From Endomicrobiales bacterium (lineage in GTDB: Bacteria; Elusimicrobiota; Endomicrobiia; Endomicrobiales; JALOBY01), in NCBI GenBank assembly GCA_963796955.1, contig CAWCNJ010000002.1:19610-83609 (forward strand): a DNA stretch of 64,000 nucleotides, given 5' to 3'. This document shows, one piece after another, positions 31,101-40,543 of the stretch. The translations under genes were made by a program, and so were the position numbers. How positions within the stretch are numbered: position 1 is the stretch's first letter; the number at the start of each line of letters is the position of its first letter. The notes under the pieces were generated by a model, which saw nothing but the letters and a program-made list of their open reading frames with translations, was not told the origin of the DNA and ran no database searches.

Positions 31101-31432
31101 TATTTGTCCAGCGTGCCGCGTTCGGAAAGCGCGACCGCAAGATTGAGGGCGGTCTGGCCGCCCAGCGTCGGCAATATCGCCTCGGGCCGTTCTTTTTCTA
31201 TGATCTTTTCAACGATCTCGGGTACCAGCGGCTCAATATAAGTGGCATCGGCGAACTCCGGGTCCGTCATGATCGTGGCGGGGTTTGAATTCACCAGAAT
31301 AAGCCGGTAGCCTTCTTTGCGCAAAGCTTTTATCGCCTGTGTGCCGGAATAATCGAATTCACAGGCCTGGCCGATGACTATCGGGCCTGAGCCCAGGATG
31401 AGTATTTTTTTAATGTCTGTGCGTTTTGGCAT
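28154..31432 (-). CDS. carB: Carbamoyl-phosphate synthase large subunit
   Basis: [17 protein letters not shown], duplicated ATP-grasp domains, MGS domain. Confidence 0.98.
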   Translation of the reverse strand: MPKRTDIKKILILGSGPIVIGQACEFDYSGTQAIKALRKEGYRLILVNSNPATIMTDPEFADATYIEPLVPEIVEKIIEKERPEAILPTLGGQTALNLAVALSERGTLDKYNVELIGAKLPAIKKAEDRRLFRKTMQEIGLDLPASGYAYTLEEASKIAEKIGFPLIIRASFTLGGIGSGIVYTREDFLEAAKVGLDASPISEILIEESVLGWKEFELEVMRDCADNCVIICSIENFDAMGVHTGDSITVAPIQTLTDKEYQKMRDWAFKVIRAIGVDTGGSNIQFAVNPKDGRMVVIEMNPRVSRSSALASKATGYPIAKIAALLAVGYRLDEIPNDITKKTPASFEPAIDYTVVKIPRFAFEKFTGTDQTLNTAMKSVGEVMALGRTFKEAFQKAIRGLEVGRNGLNFDGKGLVKRVEQIEKEGGKARDEFIEEIKPKLTAPNNERLFYVGYALQIGMTVEEIAEITMIDPWFIAQMKQIVEKAREIPMLGKFSKKEQAEFLTGIKQYGFSDNQIAYLTGQKPEKIAALRKKLGVKPVYKLVDTCAGEFEAYTPYFYSTYEEEDEVTVDKKKKVMILGSGPNRIGQGIEFDYCCVHSVMALKDEGYETIMVNCNPETVSTDYDIADRLYFEPLTHEDVMNIINKEKPYGVVVQFGGQTPLNLTNGLAEQGVRILGTTPEAIDIAEDRKRFSKVLNKLKIPQAESGTALNYAEAKVIAARITYPVMVRPSYVLGGRAMEIVYDNDSLEQYMKRAETVSPGKPILIDKFLDNAIEVDVDALCDCTDVYIAGIMEHIEEAGIHSGDSACVIPHHTLSPEIVSTIKKYTTELALELPVKGLLNIQFAVKDGIVYILEANPRASRTVPYVSKATGLPLAKIAARLMVGKKLKKLLSAKQLANCPPKMNWVAVKEVVLPWNRFSNVDIVLGPEMKSTGEVMGIDSDFGRAFAKAEMAAGSTLPKSGAVLVSLGPRGKADALAVVKELITLGFEICATKHTAEFFQSYTLPVRIVNKISEGRPNVVDIIKNREVALIINTPSGKKSRTDGYQIRRNAVIYNIPMVTTLAAAKATVEGIKAQKSKDWSVQSLQDYFKK

Positions 31433-31450
31433 GATTGTGATTCCTATAAG

Positions 31451-32566
31451 CTATTTATGCTGATTGATCAGCTGTATAAAGCGGTCGAATAAATATTTTG
31501 CTTCGTGCGGACCCGGGCTTGCCTCAGGGTGGTACTGCACCGCGAAGATCGGCAGTGTCTTGTGGCAGAGCCCCTCAGTCGTGCCGTCGTAAAGGTTGAA
31601 ATGGGTAAAGCCGATCTCTTTGTCGTTAAGGCTGTCGGGCTTTACGCCGAAACCATGGTTTTGAGAAGTAATTTCTATTTTCCCGGTCGTAACATCTTTC
31701 ACCGGGTGATTGGCCCCGCGGTGGCCGAACTTAAGCTTGAAGGTTTTACCCCCCATGGCAAGGGCGAGCATCTGGTAGCCCAGGCAGATGCCGAAGATAG
31801 GGATCTTGCGGTTATGGGTTTTCGCGTTATGCGCTATTAATTTTTCAACGGTCTCAACGACGTATTTAACGGCTGCGGGATCACCAGGCCCGTTCGAAAG
31901 GAAAATACCGTCGGGGCTTGAAGCCAGTATATCTTCAGCCTTCGCGAATGCCGGGAATATGGTAAGGTGGCAGCCAACTTTGACGAGGTCAGCGAGAATA
32001 TTGTCCTTTACTCCGCAATCGATCACCGCGACCTTATATTTTGCCGAAGGATGGTTCTTCGCGTAGGGAAAACGGTCTTTGCAGGTAACTTCCTGCACCA
32101 GGTCCCGGCCAACCAGGCCCGGAGAAGCCTTGGCTTTCTCTACCAGTTTTTTGGTGCTTTCGCCGACGGTGGAAATAATGGCGCGCATGGCGCCGCCCGA
32201 ACGTATGTGGCGGGTAAGAGCGCGCGTGTCTATACCTTCGATCGCGACGATATTGTGTTTTTTAAGAAATTCCTGCAGGGAAGACTTTGAGCGCCAGTTC
32301 GAGACCAGGGGGCTGTTTTCCCGAACGATAAAGCCGGAAACCCAGGGACGGATGGACTCCATATCTTCGTCATTCGTCCCGTAATTGCCGATAAGGGGGC
32401 TGGTCATGGCCACTATCTGGCCGCAGTATGAGGGATCGGTAAGGATCTCCTGATAACCGCACATCGAAGTATTAAATACTATTTCACCATCACGCTCGCC
32501 GTCGGCGCCGAAAGAAAAGCCGTTGAACACCCGTCCTGATTCTAAAGCAAGCACAGCTCTTTTCAC
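31451..32566 (-). CDS. carA: Carbamoyl-phosphate synthase small subunit
   Basis: GYQEILTDPSY, SNGPGDP, GICLG, QYHPE. Confidence 0.98.
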   Translation of the reverse strand: MKRAVLALESGRVFNGFSFGADGERDGEIVFNTSMCGYQEILTDPSYCGQIVAMTSPLIGNYGTNDEDMESIRPWVSGFIVRENSPLVSNWRSKSSLQEFLKKHNIVAIEGIDTRALTRHIRSGGAMRAIISTVGESTKKLVEKAKASPGLVGRDLVQEVTCKDRFPYAKNHPSAKYKVAVIDCGVKDNILADLVKVGCHLTIFPAFAKAEDILASSPDGIFLSNGPGDPAAVKYVVETVEKLIAHNAKTHNRKIPIFGICLGYQMLALAMGGKTFKLKFGHRGANHPVKDVTTGKIEITSQNHGFGVKPDSLNDKEIGFTHFNLYDGTTEGLCHKTLPIFAVQYHPEASPGPHEAKYLFDRFIQLINQHK

Positions 32567-32576
32567 AATTTATCCC

Positions 32577-33863
32577 TTAAAACAACTTCAGTTTTTTATC
32601 CAGCATTATGGTTTCTTCCCGTTTGCGGCCGAGAGATATAAGCGGTATGTTGGCTCCTATCAGTTTTTCTACGCGTTTGACGTATTTTTGCGCGTTGAGA
32701 GGCAATTTCTTGAAATCGGTTATGCCTTTTATCGGGCCTTCAAAACCAGGCATTTCCTCGTAGACCGGCGTAACGCCGGCTTGCGCTTTGCGGGAGGCCG
32801 GGAACTCGGTTAACGTTTTACCTTTGTATTTGTAGGCGACGCAGATCTTAATGGTCTTGATCCCTTCCATGCAATCAAGCTTGGTCATGATCATATTGTC
32901 TACACCACTCAGGCGGACTGAGTGGCGCACCAGCACGGCATCGAACCAGCCGCAACGGCGCGGGCGGCCTGTGGTAGCGCCGAACTCCTGGCCCTTTTCA
33001 CGAAGAAAGGCACCGACGCTTTCATTCAATTCAGTAGGGAAAGGACCTTCGCCTACGCGGGTAGTGTACGCTTTGACAACCCCGAGGACAGATTGTATTT
33101 TCGTCGGTGCAACGCCGGCCCCGGTGCAACAGCCGCCGGAAATAGGGTTGGAAGATGTTACATAAGGATAGGTGCCAAAATCAAGGTCGAGCAGCGTGCC
33201 CTGTGCGCTTTCAAAAAGAACGTTCTTACCGGCATTGATGGCTTTTTCAAGCATGATGCCGGTATCGGTGACGAACGGCAGCATGAATTTGCGCAGTTTC
33301 TGGTATTCGGCTAGGCATTCGCGGCGCACTTTCGCGACGGGAACGATCTTGCTGAGCAGCGGGCCTTTTTCTTTAAGGTTCTTTTCGAGCAAATCCATGA
33401 AAACATCTTCTTCGACATAATCTATGACACGGATGCCCAGGCGAGTAACCTTATCGGCGTAACAAGGACCTATGCCGCGCCTTGTGGTGCCTATACGGAT
33501 CTTACCGCGCTCGCGCAGTTCGTCAAGATATTTGTGATACGGCAAAATGACGTGCGCCCGGTCGGAAATGAAGAGGCGGCCTTTGACATCCAGGTTTTTG
33601 CTTTTAAGGAGTTGTGCTTCCTGATAGAGGTTCGCGGGATCGATAACGACGCCGTTGGTTATAAGACAAACTTTTTTAGGGAATAGAACGCCAGACGGGA
33701 TAAGGTGCAGAACATACGGCTTGTTTTCGTAAATAATGGTATGGCCGGCGTTGTTGCCGCCCTGGTACCTTACGATCAGATCAGCCTGCTGAGAAAGATA
33801 ATGAACTACTTTGCCTTTACCTTCGTCTCCCCACTGTGTGCCGATGACTACTAATGTTGACAT
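32577..33863 (-). CDS. purA: Adenylosuccinate synthetase
   Basis: QWGDEGKGK, GTYPYVTSS, GATTGRPRRCGW; start reassigned to MSTLVVIG. Confidence 0.97.
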   Translation of the reverse strand: MSTLVVIGTQWGDEGKGKVVHYLSQQADLIVRYQGGNNAGHTIIYENKPYVLHLIPSGVLFPKKVCLITNGVVIDPANLYQEAQLLKSKNLDVKGRLFISDRAHVILPYHKYLDELRERGKIRIGTTRRGIGPCYADKVTRLGIRVIDYVEEDVFMDLLEKNLKEKGPLLSKIVPVAKVRRECLAEYQKLRKFMLPFVTDTGIMLEKAINAGKNVLFESAQGTLLDLDFGTYPYVTSSNPISGGCCTGAGVAPTKIQSVLGVVKAYTTRVGEGPFPTELNESVGAFLREKGQEFGATTGRPRRCGWFDAVLVRHSVRLSGVDNMIMTKLDCMEGIKTIKICVAYKYKGKTLTEFPASRKAQAGVTPVYEEMPGFEGPIKGITDFKKLPLNAQKYVKRVEKLIGANIPLISLGRKREETIMLDKKLKLF

Positions 33864-33886
33864 ATATAACCTTTTGTTCAGAAATC

Positions 33887-34005
33887 GCGCCCTCAAACCC
33901 AGGGGAATCCTTCTCACCCGCCCTGCCGGGCTCCTTCGAAGCCGGCCGCCCTCGCTTTATCCGCCTACGCGGCGGCGCTTCGGGTCGGCTTCGATTCCCT
34001 AATAT
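33887..34005. repeat. tRNA-Glu 3' cassette: inverted T-arm copy, GC-rich core, degenerate direct copy of the tRNA 3' end
   Basis: gcgccctcaa..aggggaatc (33887-33909) copies 34008-34025; ttcgattccc (33990) is complementary to the T arm. Confidence 0.75.
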
Positions 34006-34080
34006 TGGCGCCCTCAAGGGGAATCGAACCCCTGCCGCATCCTTGAAAGGGATGTGTCCTAACCGCTAGACGATGAGGGC
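34006..34080 (-). tRNA. tRNA-Glu(TTC)
   Basis: catcc-ctTTCaa-ggatg; CCA encoded. Confidence 0.96.
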
Positions 34081-34130
34081 AGTTAGTGTTTAATCAAAGT
34101 GCATCTATATCCTGAGCTCTCTTTCAAGTT

Positions 34131-34265
34131 CTTGAAAGGGATGGTTGCGGCTACGCATCGCAACCCGGGGCATCCTCGCTCTGCTGCGGTGCCCGCGCCT
34201 ACCCATCGCTCCTGTTCGTCGCGATAGTCGCCCTAACCGCTAGACGATGAGGGCAGTTAGTGTTT
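34131..34265 (-). pseudogene. Duplicated 5' half of tRNA-Glu interrupted by an 88-bp GC-rich insert
   Basis: 34232-34265 is identical to 34058-34091 (34 bp); 34131-34143 is identical to 34042-34054. Confidence 0.8.
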
Positions 34266-34283
34266 TAGACGCAAAAGATCTTA

Positions 34284-34356
34284 TGAGCCCGGAGTGGTTC
34301 GAACACTCGACACCCTCCTTAAAAGGGAGGTGCTCTACCAGCTGAGCTACGGGCCC
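34284..34356 (-). tRNA. tRNA-Lys(TTT)
   Basis: cctcc-ctTTTaa-ggagg; CCA not encoded. Confidence 0.95.
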
Positions 34357-34443
34357 AAGATAACATTGACAGAAAAGAACTCGGCGATTGTTTTACAAAG
34401 ACAACCGGATAACCGGGGGTACTTGCTCCGTAATATCTGGGGT

Positions 34444-34472
34444 ATTCTACCAAAAGGCGGTAATTTTGTCAA
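34444..34472 (-). promoter_or_regulatory. Sigma70 promoter for the tRNA-Lys/tRNA-Glu/purA transcript
   Basis: TTGACA-17-TAGAAT with a TGn extension. Confidence 0.7.
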
Positions 34473-34504
34473 ATAACCGGATCGTTTTTCTAAATCAATT
34501 GACT

Positions 34505-35692
34505 TTAAACGATACGGCAGCGGTCCTGCTCTATTTTTCGTCGTTCCGTGATATCGTGAAAAATACCCAGCAAATATTCTTTTTTTCCGAACTGGATCAG
34601 TGCGGCGCTTATATCGACATAAACGATAGCCCCGTCTCGCTTTTTCAGCGGAACATCGGTAACGATCTTTTTTTGTCCCATTACGAGCGAATCGAACTGA
34701 GACTCCTGGATATCATATTCGTTTTCAGGATGCAGATGTCGTATCGCCATGCCGCGAAGCTCATATTGGCTACGTCCTGTCAGATCGCACATAGCCTTGT
34801 TGCACAGATATATTTTACGCGTTTCTGCGTCGGCAAGCGCAATACCGTCTATCGCATGGTTAAAAATAATCTCGAACCGGTCTTTTGAATCTTCCAGCTG
34901 GCCTTGCAGGGCTTTAGCTGAATTGGTAAGGTCTAAAAAAACCATCTCGAACGGCTTCAGCAAACCCACATTGAGAATTGCCCGGTAAAAAAGATAGAAG
35001 GAAAGCAGTTTGATGAAATGGCTCAAGGAATACATGACGCCGAATTCGCGGTCATAATTAAGCAGCGGTATCTCTACACAGATCGCAAGCACCAGTCCGG
35101 CGGTTAATAGACCAAGGGTCTGCGCGGGTAAAAAAGTTTTTTTCTTTCGCACATGGAAAAGAGCGCCTGAAAAAAGCACGATCACAATGAACTCGTTGAT
35201 ATTTTTGAATGCGGTGACACCGGTCCCGGGTACGAACGTTCGCGGCATAAAACCCCAGACATATACCGCCCCATACATAAGGATGGTTACCAGTGCGTAG
35301 ATGCCGGTCACCGTATAGAGATTGATCTTGCGGCGCAAAAACAACGGTGCCAGGAGCAGCGCGGTCGCTTCCAGGTAGCGGGAAAGCAGCCCGGACTGGG
35401 TATACAGATCACTACCGGCCGAGGAGAATATACCAATACCGGTAAAAGAGAACAAATGCAGCACATTCATTATGCCGAAGAACAAAAAGGCGATGCCCAG
35501 GAACTGAAAGAAATCCGTATCCGGGAACTGCCGTGCGTTAAGACCGATCACGTATATCGTCCACGCGATCAGGATACAGCACAGCTCAATAAGAGAGTGG
35601 AACAGCACATAGTTTTCCGTGCTTATCCAGTAGAGAACCGTAAGTGCCGCGGCGACGCACACTATTTCCGCTATAATGCCTTTACGTTCCAT
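34505..35692 (-). CDS. MASE3 membrane sensor plus PAS domain, without an output domain
   Basis: NYVLFHSLIE...HLFSF multi-TM MASE3-like region; PAS ending HDITERR; stop about 10 aa later. Confidence 0.75.
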   Translation of the reverse strand: MERKGIIAEIVCVAAALTVLYWISTENYVLFHSLIELCCILIAWTIYVIGLNARQFPDTDFFQFLGIAFLFFGIMNVLHLFSFTGIGIFSSAGSDLYTQSGLLSRYLEATALLLAPLFLRRKINLYTVTGIYALVTILMYGAVYVWGFMPRTFVPGTGVTAFKNINEFIVIVLFSGALFHVRKKKTFLPAQTLGLLTAGLVLAICVEIPLLNYDREFGVMYSLSHFIKLLSFYLFYRAILNVGLLKPFEMVFLDLTNSAKALQGQLEDSKDRFEIIFNHAIDGIALADAETRKIYLCNKAMCDLTGRSQYELRGMAIRHLHPENEYDIQESQFDSLVMGQKKIVTDVPLKKRDGAIVYVDISAALIQFGKKEYLLGIFHDITERRKIEQDRCRIV

Positions 35693-35700
35693 GGTAACCG

Positions 35701-35901
35701 CTATTTCAACAACTCACTGCCGCATGCGGGACAGTTGTCAAAACCCGGATGATCGTGCTCGAAAACTATTTCCATACCGCAGGAAGAACAAACGCTGTAG
35801 CCGTCTTCCAACGATCTGGAAAAACGTGATGAACGGGTATGCAGTTCAGGGTGAACGGTAATATCTTCCGTGAAAAACTCCAGCATGTTCATAGACGCCA
35901 T
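35701..35901 (-). CDS. Small zinc-ribbon protein
   Basis: CSSCG...CPACG; AAGGAG SD. Confidence 0.7.
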   Translation of the reverse strand: MASMNMLEFFTEDITVHPELHTRSSRFSRSLEDGYSVCSSCGMEIVFEHDHPGFDNCPACGSELLK

Positions 35902-35934
35902 CGTGCGGCTCCTTTTTGGGCTGGGCCCTTGTAT

Positions 35935-36129
35935 TTACCGGCAGACCATACATGAATTCAGATACATCATTTCCGCCTTCAGGGCGCGTGAACGACGCAG
36001 AAGGTCCGGCAAAAACTCGTCCGCAGATACATGTTGTGTACTGCGCCTGCTTTCAAAACCCGCGAACCACTCCACCCAATAACGCCCCTGATCAACAGCT
36101 TTTTGTGCTGCCTGTGACTTTACGGTCAT
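35935..36129 (-). CDS. Small hypothetical protein (64 aa, C-terminal CxxC)
   Basis: AAGGAG SD before ATG 36129; fills the gap in the fur operon. Confidence 0.5.
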   Translation of the reverse strand: MTVKSQAAQKAVDQGRYWVEWFAGFESRRSTQHVSADEFLPDLLRRSRALKAEMMYLNSCMVCR

Positions 36130-36619
36130 GGCTGCTCCTTTTTGCGCATTCCCCGCATACGCCGAAAAATTGTACCTGATGATGCTTAATATCAAAATGG
36201 TACTTTCTGGCAAGCGCCGTCTGTGTCTGAAGCATGACCTCCGATTCAGCCTGCATAAGTTCCGTATAGTTAACTATCTTTCCGCAATCAGTGCAGACGA
36301 TATGATGATGGTGGCGCGCGCTTCCCGATAGCGCCGCCAGTTCATAACGGGATTTGTGCTGGCCGAAATCAAACTTCATAACGTCTCCCATTTTCACCAG
36401 CAATTCCAGGGTCCGGTAAACGGTCGCGATACCGACGCCGGGGTTAGCCTTGTGGATCAAAAGGTATACCTCCTCCGCGCTGAGATGGCGCGTAGTGTTC
36501 GTAAAAACATCCATTACCAATTGCCGCGGGGCTGTAATGCGATAACCGCACTTTTTCAGGCGGCCGGGAAGGCTGGGCTGAGATGATCGGTCCTGCGGTG
36601 AGTGTACGGTGTCTGCCAT
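36092..36619 (-). CDS. fur: Fur-family transcriptional regulator
   Basis: HLSAEEVY, ATVYRTL, HHHHIVCTDCG, CGEC. Confidence 0.92.
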   Translation of the reverse strand: MADTVHSPQDRSSQPSLPGRLKKCGYRITAPRQLVMDVFTNTTRHLSAEEVYLLIHKANPGVGIATVYRTLELLVKMGDVMKFDFGQHKSRYELAALSGSARHHHHIVCTDCGKIVNYTELMQAESEVMLQTQTALARKYHFDIKHHQVQFFGVCGECAKRSSHDRKVTGSTKSC

Positions 36620-36640
36620 GCAATATTTGCACCTTTATGA

Positions 36641-36687
36641 TATTGATTATCATTATCAATAGTATCGCAAACGAAGAAATTTGTCAA
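36641..36687 (-). promoter_or_regulatory. Fur box overlapping the fur promoter
   Basis: TATTGATAATGATAATCAATA (36641-36661); TTGACA-17-TACTAT. Confidence 0.85.
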
Positions 36688-36732
36688 GGGGTTTATCTAA
36701 AATCAGGAGAGTTATGGGAGCGGCAGGGAAAT

Positions 36733-36768
36733 AAAAAAAACCGCCGGGCCTGAGCTCGACGGTTTTTT
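36733..36768 (-). terminator. Intrinsic terminator (possibly bidirectional)
   Basis: A8-ccgccgggc/gctcgacgg-T6. Confidence 0.8.
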
Positions 36769-36791
36769 AAATTATTGAACGGCGGGGGTTA

Positions 36792-36941
36792 TTACTTCTT
36801 TTTGCCAAGGATCTTGAATACTTTGGTGCCGCAATCGCCGCAAACGCCCGACGCTGCTCTCATGCCGTTCTTCATTACCACTTCTTTCTCATCCTTCATG
36901 GTGACCTGCTTCTTACATTTCATGCATCTTCCTTCTGCCAT
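36792..36941 (-). CDS. 49-aa basic zinc-finger protein (DUF5679-like), absent from the ORF track
   Basis: MAEGRCMKCKKQVTMKDEKEVVMKNGMRAASGVCGDCGTKVFKILGKKK; GGGGAGG SD; TTGACA-17-TACAAT promoter at 37018-36990. Confidence 0.9.
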   Translation of the reverse strand: MAEGRCMKCKKQVTMKDEKEVVMKNGMRAASGVCGDCGTKVFKILGKKK

Positions 36942-37023
36942 GGTGAACCTCCCCTTGAAAATTAGCTGCTTTATTGTTTCGTATGTAGAATTGTATCACT
37001 CACCGTCGGTTTTGTCAAGCTGT

Positions 37024-37551
37024 TTATTTTCCGCTCACTGATGCGTATTCTTTTGGATAGTAAACAACACCGGCGGCACTCCTCAGCGCTTCAGGCTCCA
37101 GTTCTATGGCCATGAAGTTCTTTTCAGGGACCTCAAAAGAGGGTTTTATGCCCCATAAAGAGGCTGGTTTGAAACCGAATCTGGTATAGTAGGCCGCGTT
37201 GCCGAGCACTATCACCGACTTAAAACCAAGCTTTTTAGCTTTGCCGAGAGAAACTTTTACCAGTTTCCCCCCTATGCCCTTGCGTTGATGTTGAGGCAGC
37301 ACTGCTACCGGGGCAAGGGCCAGCGCCGGTGTTATATTTGATCCTTCGACTATATCAACCGGGTAGAGCAGTATACAGCCTAAGAGTTCTTCGTAATGTT
37401 CCGCTACCAACAGCAGGCCGGGGTTAAAACGCTTCGTTTTGCGCAGTGCGTCCACCAGGTCGGCCTCACCGGCTCTGTTAAAGGCCCGGCGGTTTATTTC
37501 GTATACTTTCCCCTGTTCGTTAGTCCTTTCCGGCCTGATATGTATTTTCAT
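37024..37551 (-). CDS. GNAT N-acetyltransferase (YhbS-like)
   Basis: LAPVAVLPQHQRKGIG; YYTRFGF. Confidence 0.9.
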   Translation of the reverse strand: MKIHIRPERTNEQGKVYEINRRAFNRAGEADLVDALRKTKRFNPGLLLVAEHYEELLGCILLYPVDIVEGSNITPALALAPVAVLPQHQRKGIGGKLVKVSLGKAKKLGFKSVIVLGNAAYYTRFGFKPASLWGIKPSFEVPEKNFMAIELEPEALRSAAGVVYYPKEYASVSGK

Positions 37552-38588
37552 TATTTCCCTACGATCTTAATGGCTGCAAGCACCAGGGCAACGGCGGCGT
37601 TAACATCCTCGATACTGAATACGGCGCTGGGTGAATGAATATAGCGGGTCGGGATGCTGATAACACCCGTATTGATACCCTGATTGTTCATGTAAATGAT
37701 CGCACCGTCCGTCATGCCTCCCTCTATTATCGCCAGCTGGTATTTGATTTTTCCATCCTGCGCGGCTTTTATCAGCATATTCTTGGTGGATTCCCGCACC
37801 AGCACGCCGCGGCCGGAGGCTTCAATGAATGTTATGCCCACACCCGCGCCGAGCTTGAGCGGCGACTCCGTTTCCTTGATCCCCGGCGTATCTCCGGCGA
37901 TCGTGGTATCTATGGCAAGGGCGAAATCAGGATTGATAGCGAACGACGATGTCCTGGCTCCTTTCAGCCCCACTTCTTCCTGCGTGGTGGCAACCGCTAT
38001 TACCTGAGCGTTAAGTCCCGACACATCGAGTTTCTCCATTATTTTCACCAGGGCGTAGCAGCCGATACGGTTATCCACGGCCTTGCCGTAATACAGATCG
38101 CCGTTAAGCACGCCGGCGTTCGGCTCAAAGATCACCGGATCGCCGATGGAAACGCGTTTTTCCGCATCGTCTTTGTCCCTGGCGCCGATATCTATGAACA
38201 TATCTTCATACTTCATAGGCTTTTTGCGTTCTTCTTCCTGCTGCAGGTGCGGCGGCTTGGTGCCGATGATGCCGAGCACATCGCCTTTGGCGCCGCGCAC
38301 GATAACCCGCTGTGCCGGCAAAACCCGGTCGTCGATACCGCCGATCTTTATAAAGTGCAGGTAGCCTTCTTTCGTGATACACTTTACCATCAGCCCGATC
38401 TCATCCATATGGGCAGCCAGCATTATTTTTATTTTGCCGTTCCCCTTCGTGGCGGAAACGTTGCCGAACCCGTCAACCGAGGCGTTACCGCAGGCCTTTT
38501 TAAGCTCTGCCTGCATGATAGCCGCGATGCTGCTCTCGTACCCGGAAATTCCCGGCGCATCCAAAATTGTCTTTAATGTAGCATCCAT
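37551..38588 (-). CDS. M42 family aminopeptidase
   Basis: AHMDEIG, DNRIG, QEEVGL, RYIHS. Confidence 0.94.
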   Translation of the reverse strand: MDATLKTILDAPGISGYESSIAAIMQAELKKACGNASVDGFGNVSATKGNGKIKIMLAAHMDEIGLMVKCITKEGYLHFIKIGGIDDRVLPAQRVIVRGAKGDVLGIIGTKPPHLQQEEERKKPMKYEDMFIDIGARDKDDAEKRVSIGDPVIFEPNAGVLNGDLYYGKAVDNRIGCYALVKIMEKLDVSGLNAQVIAVATTQEEVGLKGARTSSFAINPDFALAIDTTIAGDTPGIKETESPLKLGAGVGITFIEASGRGVLVRESTKNMLIKAAQDGKIKYQLAIIEGGMTDGAIIYMNNQGINTGVISIPTRYIHSPSAVFSIEDVNAAVALVLAAIKIVGK

Positions 38589-38591
38589 TGT

Positions 38592-39841
38592 CTACTCCTT
38601 TATACCTGCGGATATCGCTTTTATAGCGGTAATGCGTTCCAGCACCGGCGGATGGCTGTATTCCAGAAATACCTTCAGCGGGTGCGGCGTTAAATTTGAA
38701 AGATTGTTGACCGAAAGCTTTTTCAGCGCGTCTATCATGGCGCGGGGCTTGCGATATGTTGTCACGGCATAGGTATCAGCCTCGTATTCATAACGCCTGG
38801 AAAGATAATTGGTTATAGCGGATAAAATTATCTGCAGGGGCGCAAAGAGAAAGCTGAAGAATACCAGGCCGGCGTATGCCGACATGTTTTGCACCCGAAA
38901 AGCATCGAACAAGCCTTTGTTATTTATTACCAGTGCCAGAGCGCCGAACATGAACGCCATGGTCAACGCCGAAATGGCGATGAATTTGTGGATGTGGTGC
39001 TTCTTGTAATGGCCCATCTCATGCGCGAGAACGGACGTAAGTTCGTCTACGGTATGTTGAGAGATAAGCGTATCGAACAACACGATGCGGCGCAGCGCGC
39101 CAAAACCGGTGAAGAAGGCGTTGGCCTTGGTAGAGCGTTTGGAGCCGTCCATAGTGAAAAGCCCCTGCATTTTAAAACCTTCTTTAGCGGCATAGGTTTC
39201 AACGGTTGTCTTCAGCTCGCCGTCGGGCAGCGGGGTGAATTTATTGAACAACGGCATGATAACGATCGGCGCGATAAAGAGTATGAAGATCTGTATCACC
39301 ATTACGGCGCACCAGCACCATAGCGGCGCCCAGGCCCCAAAGGCGGTGAAGAACCAAACGACCAGCGAGAATACCGCGCCGCCCAGGACGGCTGTTAACG
39401 CCCAGCCTTTTAAAAGATCCAGAATAAATATTTTCGGGGTGGTTTTATTGAAACCGTACTGAGCTTCAAGTACGAACGTATGGTATGCCGAAAAAGGTAT
39501 TTCTATCAACTGGGCCAGAAAAAGAGCGCCCCGACAAAGGCAAGGCCCGTCCAGACGTAATGATGCCGCATATTGCGCGCCCACAGATCAAGGGTGTTAA
39601 AACCGCCGAAGACCACGAAAGCGAGCAGCGCGGTGGTGAAAACGCTCGCCTTTACCAGGGAAAAATCAGTGGTGTCTTTCAGGTACTCCTGGGAACGCCG
39701 GTACTTCTCCTGATCATATAAACCCTGGAACTCAGACGGCAGTTCAGGCGTCAGGTGACGTTTGTTGAGCAGTTCCACGACCACATTCAGCACATAGCCG
39801 CCCACAATGGCGAACCACACTATCAACGGTAATAAATTCAT
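38592..39841 (-). CDS. M48 (Ste24-like) metalloprotease, split by a frameshift near 39519-39532
   Basis: ANAFFTG, HEMGH, EYEAD, SHPP; N-terminal part lies in the 39506-39841 frame. Confidence 0.88.
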
Positions 39842-39847
39842 CGGACC

Positions 39848-40543
39848 TCACATTCCGGCGAGACTGCGCAGCTGTACTATCTTTTCTTCAGCTTTCTGGA
39901 AATACATAGGGTCTTTGCTGGCATAGATCTCAAGCCAGAGTTTAACGCTGCCCTTATAATCCCCGGTGCTTTCAAGAACATTTGCCAGGACGGCCTTCAG
40001 CATGTTCGGGCAATTTGGCTGCCTGGCCGCCGTCATAAGCATCTGGATCATGTTACTGAAATCACCTTTTTGCTTGTATATTATAGCACTTATATAGAGA
40101 TGGTACTGCCAGAAAGGCTGTCTTGCATCGCTGGTCATACCGGCGCCATACTCATCCGTGACTTTTATCCCATACTCAAGCAACTGAAGCGCTTCTTCCG
40201 GGCGGCCCAGGTTCCAGGCAAGGCCGGCAGAACCGGTAAGATAGGCGTAACTGGCAAAAGGATCAAAATATACTATACGCCAGCAATACTGCAGAAAATC
40301 CTTATACTTATCAGCTTCATTTTCCCTGGTACCGTAATATTGCAAAAATTGCACCCAGGCAAGGGCTGCCCCTAAGCGCCGTGCGCCGGAGCAGGCCATG
40401 ACCATGTCCATCATGGCGTACTGCGGCATGGGAGCGAATTTGATAGGCGTCAGAGGATATACATACGTCCTTTGGAGTGAAAACAAACTGGCAGAAAGCA
40501 GGAGACAAACCGCGATGAGCAGGCTGGTGAGTTTATTCGGCAT
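39848..40543 (-). CDS. Membrane-anchored TPR-like protein (PilG-like accessory)
   Basis: N-terminal TM, AWVQFLQYYG, helical repeats; operonic with the ABC genes. Confidence 0.6.
   Translation of the reverse strand: MPNKLTSLLIAVCLLLSASLFSLQRTYVYPLTPIKFAPMPQYAMMDMVMACSGARRLGAALAWVQFLQYYGTRENEADKYKDFLQYCWRIVYFDPFASYAYLTGSAGLAWNLGRPEEALQLLEYGIKVTDEYGAGMTSDARQPFWQYHLYISAIIYKQKGDFSNMIQMLMTAARQPNCPNMLKAVLANVLESTGDYKGSVKLWLEIYASKDPMYFQKAEEKIVQLRSLAGM

Noticed and set aside
33864..33917. N-terminal extensions in the ORF track (purA, ABC permease, waaL-like, aminotransferase, guaB)
   Set aside because: Downstream ATGs fit family N-termini, SD sites or gene overlaps better
34131..34254. Intron-containing tRNA-Glu
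   Set aside because: No 3' half follows, the insert is too short for a group I intron, and it lies outside the anticodon loop
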